From: Mobula hypostoma
Taxonomy: Eukaryota
Direction of reading: 5' to 3'
NCBI RefSeq assembly: GCF_963921235.1
Contig: NC_086108.1
Coordinates: 116,872,001-116,936,000, forward strand
DNA length: 64,000 nt
The notes beneath the pieces are model-generated. The model ran no database searches. It saw only the letters and a program-made list of their open reading frames with translations, and was not told the DNA's origin. Below are positions 36,116 through 49,380 of this stretch, piece after piece. Every line of letters begins with the position of its first letter. Within the stretch, counting starts at the first letter, position 1. The position numbers and the translations under genes were made by a program.

Positions 36116-37565
36116 ACAACGCACACAAAATGCCGGAGGAACTCAGCAGGCCAGACAGCATCTCTGGAAAAGAGTAAACAGTCAATAATTTAGGTCGAGA
36201 CCCTTCGTCAGGACCGGAAAGGAAGAGGAGCGTTCAGGGTAAGGAGAGGGGAAGGGAGTAAGAAGTACAAGGTGATAGGTGATAGGTGAAACTGGGAGAA
36301 GGGGAGGGATGTTGATTGGTGAAAGAGGTACAGGGCTGTCGGAGGGAGAATACGATAGGAGAGGACAGAAGATCAGACAAGAAAGGGAAGGGGGAGGAGC
36401 ATCAGAGGGAGGTGATGGGCAGGTAAGGAGATAAGGTGAGAGAAGGAAAAAGGAATCAGGAATGGTGAAGCAGAGTGGGGGGTGGGAGAGGGCAGTTACC
36501 GGAAGTTCAAGAAATCAAAGTTCATGCCAGCAGGTTGTTGGCTACCCAGACAGAACATAAGGAGCTTCTCCATCCTGAGTGTGGTCTCATCACAGCAGTA
36601 GAGATGTCCATAAGCTGACATGTCAACATGGGAATGAGAAGTGGAATTAAAATGGGTGGCTACCAGGAGATCCGTTTTTTTCCTGGTGGATCAAGCAAAG
36701 GTGCTTAGCAAAAAGGACTCCAAATCTACTTCAGATCTCACTGATATACAGGAGGCCACACCGGTAGCACAGGATACAGCAGAGATCCCAACAGACTCAC
36801 GGGTGAAGTGTCTGGACCCTGAGGGAAGATATGCCAGGACAGAGATCAGTGGGGAGGGTTGAGTGGCATAGGAAGTGATCCCTGCAAAAAGTGGAAAGTG
36901 AAGGATAAGGATAGATGTTCCTGGTGGTGGGATCCCATTGGAGATAGCAGAAGTTATGGGTAATTATGTTCTGGAGCTGAAGCTAATGTGGTAGTAGGTG
37001 AGAATGAGAGGAACCCCATCCCTGATATTGCAGCGGAAGAATGGGGTGAGAGCAGATGTGCACAAAATGGAAGAGATGAGGGTGAGAACAGCATTGATAA
37101 TAGAGGAAGGTAAACCCATTTCTTTGACGAAGGAGGACACCTCAGTAGTTCAGGAATGAAAAGTCTCATCCTGAGAGCAGATGCAGCGGAGACTGAGGAA
37201 ATGAGAAAAGGGGATGGCATTTTTACAAGTGACAGGTGGAGGGTGAGAGGTATAGTCCAGATAGCTGTGTGAGGCTTAGGTTTATAAAAGATATCAATAG
37301 ATAGACTGATGGAGACAGAGAGATTGAGAGAAGGGAGGGAGGTGTCGGAAATGGACCAAGTAAATTTGAGGGCAGGCTGGAAGTTAGGGGCAAAGTTGAC
37401 GAAGTCGATGAGCTCAGCATGTGTGTAGGAAACAGCACCAATGTAGTCATCAATGTAGCAAGGGAAGTGTTGGGGAGCAATGCTGGTGCAGGCTTGGAAC
37501 ATGGACAGGAACAAAGGCGGGTATAGCTGGGATCATGCAATTTCCCATGGCTACAGCTTTGGCTT
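36116..37565 (-). mobile_element. Decayed Penelope-like element (RT C-half, GIY-YIG remnant, 3' pLTR with degenerate hammerhead at 36179-36215)
   Basis: CYIDDYIGA..FAPNFQPALKFTWSISDTSLP; ends GMNFDFLNFR; tail matches 49997-50357. Confidence 0.85.
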
Positions 37566-37661
37566 GAAACTCCTGCTGAGCACCTCAGCATTTGTGTGTG
37601 TTGCTTTGGATTTCCAGCATTTGCAGATTTTCTCATGTGCAAGACCTTTGAGATGACTTAC

Positions 37662-37715
37662 CCTGACGCCATCTTCACCCGGTGCCCCGGGGGATCCCTG
37701 GGGTCCTGTCTCACC
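37662..37715 (-). CDS. COL11A1-like: Collagen exon, 54 bp: GETGPQGSPGAPGEDGVR
   Basis: Acceptor ttttttcgtctacgtag, donor GTAAGT. Confidence 0.95.
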
Positions 37716-37959
37716 CTACGTAGACGAAAAAACAATAGATCAGCGTACAGAATCCCTGCACGTTCCAGCACAACTTTGCTTTGTGTTAACTTAATTGAAA
37801 GGAGATGGCAGTGGGGGAGTTCATTCAGACCAGCAGGAATAACTTGTGATTAACAAACCTACATCTGCAAAACCATGATTTTACACACAGTCGACAAGGT
37901 ACTTGAGAGATAATTAACATGGAGAGAAATAACCAAACAGTGAACAGTCAACATGGTGC

Positions 37960-40900
37960 AAAACCTGGGATGCATTCTTCCCACGGTCAATCAACTCTCT
38001 CCTGCCTCATTCCACACTCTCATGTTCCCCTTAGCATTTCACCTTTTACTCTCAACCCATGACCTCTCGTTGTAGTCTTACCCAACCTCAATGGAAAAAG
38101 CCTGCTTGCATTTAACCTATCTGTTGCCCTCATAATTCTATATACCTCCATCAAATCTCCTCTCAGTCTTCTGCATTATAGGGAATAAAAACATAACCTA
38201 TTCAATCTTTTCCTACAACTCAGGTCTTTGTCCCAGCAACATCTTTGTAAATTTTCTCTGCACTCTTTCAATCTTATTTACATCTTTCCTGTAGGTAGGT
38301 GACCAAAACTGCAGACAGTACTCCAAATTAGGCCTCACCAAGATAGTCATAGAAAAGTCCGGCACAGAAACAGGCCTTTTGGCCCACCTAGTCCATGCTG
38401 AGACATTTAAACGACCTACTCCCAATGATCTGCACTGGGACCACAGCCCTCCAGATCCCTACTGGCCATGTATGGAACCCATCCAAACTCCTCTTAACGT
38501 TGAAATCGAGCTCGCACTCGATTTCAACGTTAAGAGACCACTTATGCCAGCAGCTCGGCCTACGCTCTCACCACCCTCTGAGTGAAGAAGTTACCCCTCA
38601 AGTTCCCCTTAAACTTCTCACCTTTCACCCTCAACCCATGACTTTTAGTTGTCGTGCAATCCAAGCTCAGTGGAAACATACAATTTTAACATAACATCCC
38701 AACTCCCATACTCGGTACACTGATTCATGAAGGTCAATATGCCACAAGCTTTTTTTTAAACACAGTAGCAGTGTAAAGTTTAAGACCTAGCTTGTTTGGT
38801 CTTCACAAACTGTAACACCTCACACTTGTCAGCATTAAATTCCATCTGCCATTTTTTTGCCTTTTTTCTAACTGGTCAAGCTCGACAGTCTCTTTGCTGT
38901 CCAATACACCCCCAATCTTGATTGATTGTTATCTGCAAGTTTGCTGATCCAGTTAACCACATTATCGCCCAGATCATTGTTATAGATGACAAACAGCAAT
39001 GAACAGTGCCCATCCCTGTGGCACACCTCTAGACACGGGCCTCCAGTAAGAGAAGCAACTATCTGCTACCACTGTCTGCTTGGAAATAGGAACCAGGGGG
39101 ATGTCAGGGGTAAGTTTTTCACACAGAGAGTGGTGGGTGCATGGAATGCACTGCCAGTGAAGGTGGTAGAGGCAGATACAATAGGGTCTTTTAAGAGACT
39201 CTTAGATAGGTACATGGAGCTTAGAAAAATAGAGGGCTATGCGGTAGGGAAATTCTAGGCAGTTTCTAGAGCAGGTTACATGGTCAGCACAACATTGTGG
39301 GCCAAAGAGCCAGTAATGTGCTGTAGATTTCTATGTTCTATGGACCTTCTTGACCAATGTCCCATGCAGGATCTTGTCAAAGGCCTTGCTAAAGAGAATG
39401 TTGACAATGTCCACTGTCTTGCCCTCATTAACTTTCCTGGTAACTTCCTCTATAATGTTGGTTAAACATGACTTACCACACACAAAGCCATACTATTCCT
39501 AATCAGTCCCTGTCTATCCAAATACTTAGCCTGATCTCAGTAGTTGGGAAGATGTTGGAGTCAATTGTTAAGTTTGAGGTTATGGAGGACTTGGTGACAC
39601 AGGACAAGATAGGCATATTTACTTTAAGGGAAAGGTCTTGACTGATGAACCTGGTGGGATTCTTTGAGGAGATTACAAGTAGGACGGATAAAGGGGATGC
39701 AGAGGATGATGTATATTTGGACTTTCAGAAGGCCCTTGCCAAGGTGTCACATATGAGGCTGCTAACCAAGTTAAGACCCATGGTTTTACAGGAAAGTTAC
39801 TGGCATGGTTAGAGCATTGGCTGATTGGTAGGAGGCAGTGAGTAGGAATAAAAGGATCCTTTTCTGGCTGTCTGCCAGTGACTAGTAGTGTTCTGCAGGG
39901 GTCAGTGTTGGGACCACTTCTTTTTATGCTGTATATAAATGATTTAGATGATGGAATAGATGGCTTTGTTGTCAAGTTTGCAGATGATACAAAGATTGGT
40001 GGAGGGCCAGGTAGTGTTGAGGAAACAGGTAGGATGCAGAAGGACTTAGACAGATTAGGAGAATGAGCAAGAAAGTGGCAAATGAAATACAATGTTGAAA
40101 AATACATGGTCATACACTTCGGTAATAGAAATAAATGTGTTCTAAATGAGGAGAAAATCCAAAAATCTGAGATGCAGAGGGACTTGGGAACCTTTGTGTA
40201 GAACACCCTAAAGGTTAACTTGCAGGTAGAGAAGCTGGTGAGGAAGGCAGATGTAATGTTAGCTTTCATTTCAGTGGTCTAGAATACAAGAACAGGGATG
40301 TGATGCTGAGGCTTTATAAGCCACTGTTCAGGCCTCATCTTGAGTATTGTGAAAAGTTTTGGGCTTTTCATCTAAGAAAAAATATGTTGGCATTGGGGAA
40401 GGTTCAGAGGAGGTTCACAAGGATCATTCTGGGAATAAAAGCGTTATCATAAGAGGAACATTTGATGGCTCTGAGTCTGTACTCGCTGGATTTTAGAAGA
40501 CTGAGGGGGGATTTCATTGAAACCTTTCAAATGTTGAAAGGCCTAGATAGAGTAGATGTGAAAAGGATGTTTCCCATGGTGGGAGAGTCTAGGACAAGAG
40601 GGCACAGCCTCAGGATTGAGGGGTGCCCATTTCAAAACAGAAATACAGAGTAATTTCTTTAGCCAGAGAGTGGTGAATTTGAGGAAATTGTTACCACAGG
40701 CAGCTGTGGTGGCCAGGTCATTGGGTATATTTAAGGCAGAGATTAATAGGTTCTCCATTGGACACAGCATCAAAGGATTCACGTGGAAGGCTGGGATCTG
40801 GGGATGAGGAGGAGAACAAAAAGGATCAGCCATGATTAAATGGTGGAGCAGAGTTGATGGGCCGGATGGCCTAATCCTGCTCCTATGTCTTATGGTCTTG

Positions 40901-41480
40901 TCCTTCACTTTTTCTACTAGGGTAGTACTTTTTCTACCACCTTATGCCCTCTTTTAGCCCTCCTGATTTTCTTCTTAAGTGTTCTCTTGCGTTTCTTATA
41001 CTGCTCAAGTACCTCTTTTGTTCCTACCTGCTACGCACTTCCTTCTTTCTCTTAACCAGGCTTCACTATCTCTTGAAATCCAATGTTTGCTAAACCTGTT
41101 ATCTTTGTCTTTTATTCTACCATGAACATATAAACTCTGTACTCTCAAAATTTCCCTTTTGAAGCCTCCCATTTACCAAGTAAACCTTTGCTAGAAAATA
41201 ACCAAGCCCAACCCACACTTGCCAGATCCTTCTGATCCCATCAAAATTAGCCTGTCTCCAACTTAGAATCTCAATCCAAGAACCAGATCTATCCTTTTCC
41301 ATAATTACCTTGAAACAAGTAGTATTATGATCACTAGATGGAAAGTGTTCCTCTACACAAATTTCTGTTACTTGTCCTGTCTCATTCCCTGATAGGAGAT
41401 CTAGTATTGCACTCTCTCTGGTTGGAATTTCTATGATTAAGATTAAAGAAACCTTCCTGAACACCTTTGACAAATTTTTG
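37960..41480. mobile_element. Cluster of interleaved CR1 fragments: minus-strand host pieces with plus-strand inserts at about 39080-39341 and 39530-40900
   Basis: VRPNLEYC, QGSVLGPLLF, FADDTK, AILDLLSGNE motifs and several 3' tails. Confidence 0.88.
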
Positions 41481-41661
41481 TATTCAGGAAAGTTTCCTTA
41501 AGTTCCATCAAGAGAAAGGTTGTCATAAATTCTATTGTATTTCGTTATCTTCCTGTTAATGCCTACAAGAAAATGAATCTCAATGTAATATATGGCAACA
41601 TATATACAGTCTAATATTAAGTTTTCTTGATTTGACTTGACTTTGACCATGTGTGGATCCG

Positions 41662-41730
41662 TGAAACAGTGGGTAGTGGTACCAGCTCACAGCTCCTGCC
41701 AACTGGGTTCAATCCTGACCTCAAGTGTTG
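41662..41730 (+). mobile_element. tRNA-derived SINE head remnant
   Basis: A-box-like gtgggtagtgg, ctcacagctcc and B-box GGTTCAATCC. Confidence 0.5.
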
Positions 41731-42077
41731 GTCCTTGGAATTATTCAGCACCTCCAGTCTCTCCTTATTACTGAAAATTCTCTAATTTCCAAAACACCTT
41801 TCTGACAGTGAGCAGAAAAACACGCAATGCTCCAACTGTGGCCTCACCGATGTTTAAGAAAGTTGTACCATAACATTTCCAGCATTCCAACAGAATCTCG
41901 TTTCTGTTCCTGTGCTGTGATGTTCTAAGTTCTGAGCTCTTTCTTTTCCTCGGTGCTGTCCTGCACCCTCCATCCCCAGTGTCTCCCTGCAAATGCCACC
42001 GTGTGAGCACCAGATCTAAGGTTGAGCAATGACCACCTGTAACCCAGGGACTGGGTTACTTTGGAAACTGCTCGTAT

Positions 42078-45000
42078 TGTAGATTTTCACTAAAGGAATG
42101 ACATGGGGCATTTTATGTTTGAGGAAAAACCATACCAACTCATTTATTGTACTCCAAAATCTGAACACAAAGTGCAGCAACTGAACTTCACGTAATTACG
42201 TCATCACCTCAGACCTGCCTCCTAAAGTGAACTCCGACTCAATATCAGTAGTTATAAATTATATGCGTTTCCACCAATGACGTTACACTACACAGGCCCT
42301 GCTAAAATTCACTGAAACTGACATTGTGAGCCTGTCCGGAAGCTGGTCGAGCCACCCGGCTTAAGTCCTCTGTTCCATGAGTGGATAAACAGCGGAGGGC
42401 TCTGGCTCGTCTCAAAGTGCACTGACATACGCATGATCATATGATACCAGGGGCACGGTAATGGAATTCTCCAAACCTTGGTGGGTTGATTTAAGGCAAT
42501 CTACTGAAATATATTCAGGTTTACCACTCTTATCTGTGATTTAAAGTCTTTTCTCTCCATTTCAAAACACAGAACAAGCCATCATAAGGAGACCTTAGAG
42601 GATGTCAGAGTGCATTATGGTGAATGAAAACAAGCGAGGTCAACTGGAACCTGAGAGTGCTGCACAACATGATGAGAGGTAGGAATAGGTGCAAAGGGAT
42701 TTCATTTACTGAGGAGGCTAGAACCCTGTTCAGAGGTGTCAGGAATAAAATCAGCCGGTGCTCATACTGCTGTTTGCACACCAACTTGGTCACGACTGAC
42801 TGCACATCCTCTTTTGGAGCTGCTCTGAGCACTAGTAGGACACACAGGAGATGATCATGCAACACTCATTCATTGGAGAAGCCTTCAGATCAGCTTTTAA
42901 GGAGCGATGCAACTGCTTGCATTGGCCATTGGATTGCTGTGGTGTGATGAAGTCTAATGCCAAGGTTCTAGGCCACCTCAGCCCAGAGGTCTGAAATGAA
43001 CTGGGGACCGTGGTCAGAAGAAATATCAGATAGGATGCCAAACTGAGTAAGCCAGGTGCTGATGAATACCCCAGCCACGTCTGCGATTGTCATCGATGCC
43101 AGAAGGATGATATTATTTTTCCCCTTGATGTGTTGTACTTCTTTTATGAACTCGGATATGTAGGCCAGGCGGCGTTGCTGCCGTGCAGACCAAGGATCTG
43201 ATATTTTGGTCATTGTGTTCACAAGGGACTTGTGGTCAACAAGTGTTGTGAAATGGCACCCGCTATGGAAGAAAACAAAAATGACAAACAGCCAGATGGA
43301 GACCGAGAAGCTCACAGTCAAACATGTTGTACTTCCTTTCGGGGGGATGGAGCTGCCATCTAAAGAAAACGAGCAGCCACCACACAAATCTGACCAAAAC
43401 ACCCACAGCATAGTCTGAGATGTCAGTTGTAATAGCTATGGATTGTTGGGGAGCGGGTACACTGGTAGAGTTGCATTAGGAAGAGCTTGTTTAGTGCCAT
43501 CATATGCTCTGGTCATGTCCACTGACCAGTCAAGCATGTGATTAGGGACATTGACTTCAAGCTCACTATACAGGGGGTATAAGTTCAGCAGGTCGCCGAA
43601 TGAAGGAAGTCACCATACCTAAAAATTTTTGTATTTTTTTAGCAGTACGGGGTGGTGGGAAATATATAATAGTAGATACTTTTGATGGGAAGGGTTTTAC
43701 ACCTTTTGTGGAGATGTGATGGTCAATAAAGTCAATGGTTGACAACCCAGATTGGCATTTAGCAGGTTTATAATCAACCCGTGTTAGCTTAAGTGTGTGG
43801 AGATGAGATACGTGTTCAGATTTGGATGCACTGGTGACAAGCATATCATCCAGGTGAACAACAAGAAATTCTAAGTCTTTTAATAGAGTCCATCAACTTT
43901 TACACCCCAAATGGAATGTGCAGAAACTTAAAAAGGCCAAACAGGGTTATCACAGGCATTTTGGGAATGTTCTCAGAGCACATTCTCAGAGTAAGGCATT
44001 TGATAAGCTTCCCCATGCCAGGCTCATTCGGAAAGAAATGAGGCATGGAATCCAAGGACATATTGTTTCTTGGATCCAGAATAGGCTTGACCACCGAAGG
44101 CAAAAAGTGGTTGTAATTGATTCGTATTCTGCATGGAGGTCAGTGACCAGTGGTTTTACATAGGGATCTGTTCTGGGACCTCTCCTCTTTGTGATTTTTA
44201 TAAATGACCTGGATGAAGAAGTAGAAGGGTGGGTTAGTAAGTTTGATGATGATACAAAAGTTGGAGGCGTTGTGGATAGTCTGGAAGGTTGTCAGAGGTT
44301 ACAACGGGTCATCGATAGGATGCAGAACTGGGCTGAGAAGTGGCAGATGGACTTCAACCCGGATCAGTGTGAAGTAGTTCATTTTGGTAGGTCAAATATG
44401 ATGGCAGAATATAGTATTAATGGTAAGACTTAAGGCAGTATGGAGGATCAGCGAGGTCTTGGGTTCCATGTCCATGGTACACTCAAAGGTGCTGTGCAGA
44501 TTGACTCTGCGGTTAAGAAGGTGTATGGTGTGTTGGCCTTCGTCAACCATGGGACTGAGCTCAAGAGCCATGAGGTAATGTTACAGATATACAAGACCTT
44601 AGTTAGACCGACTTGGAGTACTGAGTTCAGATCTGGTCATCTCACCACAGGAAGGATGTGGATACTATAGAGAAAGTGCAGAGGAGATTTACAAAGATGT
44701 TGCCTGGATTGGGGAGCATGCCTTATGAGAATAGGTTGAGTGAACTCAGCCTTTTCTCCTTGGAGTGACGGTGGATGAGAGGTGACCCAATAGAGGTGTA
44801 TAAGATGATGAGGGGCATTGATCATGTGGATAGTCAAAGGCTTTTTCCCTGGGCTGAAATAGCTAACACAGGTCGGGCATAGTTTTAAGGTGCTTGGAAG
44901 TTGGTACCAAGGGAATGTCGGGGTAAGTTTTTCACACAGAGTGTGGTGAGTGCGTGAATGCACTGCCAGCGAAGGTGGTAGAGGCAGATACAATTGGGTC

Positions 45001-46751
45001 TTTTAAGAGACTCTTAGATAGGTAGCTGGAGCTTAGAAAAATAGAGGGCTATGCGGTAGGGTAATTCTAGGCAGTTTCTAGAGTAGGTTACATGGCTGGC
45101 ACAACACTGGGGCCAAAGGGCCTGCGATGTGCTGTAGATTCTCTATGTTTCTATGTTCACACAGGCACATGATGGTAGCCCATAAGGTGACTTCAGTGAT
45201 GGTGATTTCCTCATGGGTGGTAACCACCAATGGACTTAGGGACCATATGGAGGGGTGCAGCCTGGGAGCTATTCGACCTGCGTACAATGCCAACTCTTTC
45301 AAATTTTGGCAAACTCACCTTTTGCAGTTGCCAGCTTTTCTGGGTCCAGTCTATGTGCGCTGGCATGGACTAGTGGGTCAGTCATGGGAATTTGATGCTC
45401 AACCCCATGTTTTGTGACTTTCGTGGAGAATGTGGGCTTGACGAGTTTTGGGAATTCACCCAGCATTCCAGTAAAATCAGATGTAGTGGGTCATGTGCTT
45501 GACAGAGTTGTTGTGGGGAACTTACTGGGGGAGCAGGGTAACAACTCAAAGGTCTTGACATCCACAAAATGGCAGTTCTTAAAAATCAACCAACAGTCCT
45601 TGGGCACACAGGAAATCTGCGCCAAACAGGGGTCTAGCCACTTTAGCCAGGACAAAAGTCCTGTGTAACGTCACCCACCGAAGCGGAGCATCCTCTGTCG
45701 TGTCCTGTAAGTCTGGATCCTGCTCCCATTGACGGCCTCCCATGAGGTTTTGTTACTCTTTGCCTTCTCATCAATAGGCAATGCCAGTAGTACACTCACT
45801 TGAACATCTAGGCCACATGGGAAATGTCGTCCTGAAAGGGTGTCCTTAATGAACAATAAACAACCCTGGCAGCTGGAAACCAGAGCGTTTACACATCTCT
45901 GATGTCCTGATGCATTGGCACTGACGAAGCTGCAAGGCACTTGGCACTTCCTAGCATTCGTACCAAAGAGAGCATGGTAGAAACATTGACCTGGCATTGT
46001 CTGTTTGGAGGCTTTGCTGACCGGGCTTATTAAAGCAAGGAAAGGAGAAGGAGTTCTCCACTTCTGCCTGGCTGAGTGTAGACTATATCATCCATTTTAG
46101 CAAGCTCCCTATAGTCCTTCAGTGGTGCATTAGCGAAGGCTATGTGAACTTGACCAGACATTTGCTGCATGAAGAGGTCTTTAAAAATAAAAAAAAATGA
46201 TGGTGATTTCCCAGGAACATGTGGCTCATTATTCTGACAGCTTGGAGAGGAACTGTTTGGCGCGCTTAGACCTGATAGTCCGAAATTCTGTAAAAGGTGA
46301 GTTTTCTGCGAATAGCATTTATCGTGTTTAGGCGGGTGTTCAAGCAGACCCACCACTCTCACAGCTGTGGGATTGCTGAGCGACACTACCACATGGAAAT
46401 ATTTGGCATTGTCAGCGGAGATTTCTCACAGCGGGAACTGGGCCTCTGCTTGTACAAACCAAGTGATAGCATTTTACTCCCAAAGCTCTGGTGGTTTCAA
46501 AGCGACCGCATTGGCTGACATGTTCAATAACTCTGGAATCGTCCTGGAGCATCAGGATTACCAGTGTAGGTTTTCACAAATGAAACAATGTGAGGCATTT
46601 TATGTTAAGAGAAAACATAACAACTCATTTATTGTACTCCAAACCTGAACTTCATGTAATTTCGGCATAACGTCAGACCAGCCTCAAAGTGAACCCCAAC
46701 AATGTTGGTGGTTGTGAATGATGTAGGTGTCCATAATTACATCACCCTACA
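42078..46751 (-). mobile_element. Decayed Gypsy/Ty3 LTR retrotransposon with both LTRs
   Basis: LTRs 42078-42292 and 46565-46751 (TGTAG...CTACA, alignable); 4-bp TSD GTAT; TGG-initiated PBS-like site inside the 5' LTR; gag (WFVQAEAQF), RT (ITLFGLFKF..IPFG), RNase H (LVDHKSL..RQQRRLAYISEF), integrase (SDHGPQFIS) in Gypsy order. Confidence 0.92.
43984..45158 (+). mobile_element. 5'-truncated CR1 nested in the Gypsy RT
   Basis: SKAFDK...FINDLDE..FDDDTK; TTCTATG tail; splits the Gypsy YHHVPV / SENIPK motif. Confidence 0.9.
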
Positions 46752-47003
46752 GTATAACTGTTTCATCTTCAGAAGACACAATGATGATTACTCGGTCAGC
46801 TTATGTCAGTAACACGGGGGACCTCAGGAAACATGCTGAAGTACACCGCCTGTCTCTGCGGAACATGATATTCCTGTAGTTCGGTGTGGTGGAAGTGTGT
46901 GGGATGGGATATTCCCAGAGTTCAGTGCAGTGGGAACATGTGGAATGGGGTGTTCCCAGAGTTCAGAGCAGTGGGAAGGTGTGGTATTAAACTGGTTTCT
47001 TAC

Positions 47004-47057
47004 CCGGTTGCCTTTTTCTCCAGAAAGTCCTGGCAAGCCATCAAAACCACGGTCACC
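47004..47057 (-). CDS. COL11A1-like: Collagen exon, 54 bp: GDRGFDGLPGLSGEKGNR
   Basis: Acceptor ctgcag, donor GTAAGA; clade-B GDRGFDGL motif. Confidence 0.96.
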
Positions 47058-47429
47058 CTGCAGAGGACAACATTCAAGAGTCAAGATTATTTGTCATGTA
47101 TATTTCCCGTATTAATTTGTAGATCCTTCTGTTCTACCATACTCCTCAGTGCTCTACTGTTTACTGAGCAAGACCAACCCTGGTTTGTCCTCCAAAATGC
47201 AACATCACATACTTGTCTGCATGAAATTCTGTCCGCCATTTTCAGCTCATTTTTTCCAGATCCAGATGCTGACGAAAGTTTGGAATTAGGTTCAGTTGAA
47301 CTTTGCTGGTATTAAACAGAGTTGATTAGAATAAGCTGTTTGCAGGCAAAGGGACATATGGCAAGTGAAAGAAATTAAAAAAATAATAACAGTTCAAAGT
47401 TTCCATGTTTCTGTTCTATGTTTCATATT

Positions 47430-48035
47430 AGAGTGAAGGACAAAGCTGGCTGGAGTAAGGAAACCAGGACAATGAGGGATATTAAGTCTCTGGTCAAAGA
47501 TGAGACATGGGTCAGGTACAAGGCAGCTGGAATTAAGTGAATCTCTAGAAGAGTATAGGGTTGCAGCAGTGTACTGAAGGAGGACATCAAAAGGATAAAC
47601 AGGAGGTCTGAGATAGCTTTAGGGAGAGAAGTTCAGGGAGAATCCAAAGATATTAAAACAAGATGACACCAAGATTGGAGATGTAGTGAACAGAAAGCAA
47701 GACTATTAGAGCTTGCACCAGGATCTGGACCAGCAGGAAACCTGGGCTGAAAAATGGCAGATAGGATTTAGTGCAGACAAGTGCGAGGTGTTGTACTTCA
47801 GTAGAACCAACCAGGGTAGTTCTTACAGAGTGAGCAGTAGGGCAGCAAGGAGTGCAGTACAACAAATGGATCTGGGAAGACAGGTCCTTAACTCATTGAA
47901 AATGGCGGCACAGGAAGATCAGGTTGTAAAGGAACCTTTTGAGATATTGGCTTTCATAAATAAAAATATTGAGCACAGGAGATGAGATGGTGTGTTCAAA
48001 TTGTACAAGACATTGGTGTGGCCTAATTTGGGACT
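47430..48035 (+). mobile_element. Old CR1 ORF2 fragments
   Basis: DLDQQETWAEKWQIGFSADKCEVLYF. Confidence 0.75.
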
Positions 48036-48039
48036 CCCA

Positions 48040-48680
48040 TAGTGTAAAAGGACTACCCGTACCGTTTCGCCAAGTATCTATGCTCCGTCCACCAGAAGAA
48101 GTCGGATCTCCCAGTACCCACACATTTTAATTTCACTTCCCATTCCCATGCCAATATGCCAATCCATGGCCTCCTCTACTGTTGGCGATGAGGCCACACT
48201 CATGTTGGAAGAACAACACCTTATGTTTCATTTAGGTATCCTCCAACCTGATGGTATGAACGTTAATTTCTCAAACTTCCACTAATAACCCACCCGCATC
48301 ACCATCGTCCACCCCCTTTTCCCTCCTTCACCTCATCTCCTTGCCTGCACATTGCCTCCCTCTGGTGCTCTTCCCCAGTTTGCACTCTTCCATGGCCTCC
48401 TGACTTCTCCTAATAGCTTCCCCCTTCTCCATCCTTGTATCTCTTTCACCAAACAACTTCCCAGATCTTTACTTCACCCCCCGCTTCCCAGTTACACCTA
48501 TCACCCTGCGTTTCTCTCCCCACCTTCCAACCCTGACGCCTCTTTTTTCTCTCCAGTACTGATGAAGGATTTCAGCCCAAGACATTGACTGTCCTTTTTC
48601 CCAGAGATGCTTCCTGGCCTTCAGCATTTTGTGTGTGTCACTTAGATTTCCAGTATCAGCAGATTTTCACTTGTTTCTAC
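48040..48680 (+). mobile_element. Penelope-like 3' end with degenerate hammerhead (48554-48591)
   Basis: LEEQHLMFHLGILQPDGMNVNFSNFH; cagtaCTGATGAaggatttcagcccaagacattgactg. Confidence 0.8.
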
Positions 48681-48775
48681 AGAGAACTGATCTATCTCTG
48701 GAACTTGACATGACACATGTCTACACAGTACTATCTCTGCCACTTCACATAACAACACACCTGTACAGGAATATC

Positions 48776-49380
48776 TGTGGTTAAGAAGGCATATGGTGCA
48801 TTGGCCTTCACCAACCGTGAGATTGAGTTTAAGAGTCGAGCACTTGGAGTACTGTGCTCAATTCCGGTCGCCTCACTACAGGAAGGACGTGGAAACCATA
48901 GAAAGGGTGCAGAGGAGATTTACAAGGATGTTGCCTGGATTGGAGAGCATGTCTTATGAGAATAGGTTGAGTGAACTTGGCCTTTTCTCCTTGGAGCAAC
49001 GGAGGATGAGAGGTGACCTGATGGAGGTGTACAAGATAATGACAGGCATTGATGGTGTGGATAGTCAGAGGCTTTTTCCCAAGGCTGAAATGGCTAGCAC
49101 AAGAGGGCGTAGTTTTAAGGTGCTTGAAAGGAGGTACAGAAGACATATCAGGGTAAGTTTTTTACGCAGAGAGTGGTGAGTTTGTGGAATGGGCTGCCGG
49201 CGGCGGTGGTGGAGGCAGAAACGATAGGGGCTTTTAAGAGACTCCTGGATGGATATATGGAGCTTAGAAAAATAGAGGACTATGGGTAAGCCTAGGTAGT
49301 TTCAGGGTAAGGACATGTTCGGCACAGCTTTGTGGGCCGAAGGGCCTGTATTGTGCTGTAGGTTTTCTATGTTTCTATGT
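48776..49380 (+). mobile_element. CR1 LINE 3' part
   Basis: HLEYCAQFRSPHYRKD..MRGDLMEVYKIM; TTTCTATG tail. Confidence 0.92.

Noticed and set aside
41933..41992. Possible duplicate or pseudo collagen exon (ttgcag|GGA GAC ACT GGG GAT GGA GGG..., GDTGDGG) upstream of the GETGPQ exon
   Set aside because: Gly periodicity breaks at the fourth triplet, there is no GT at +45 or +54, the polypyrimidine tract is weak, and the exon series is already complete without it.
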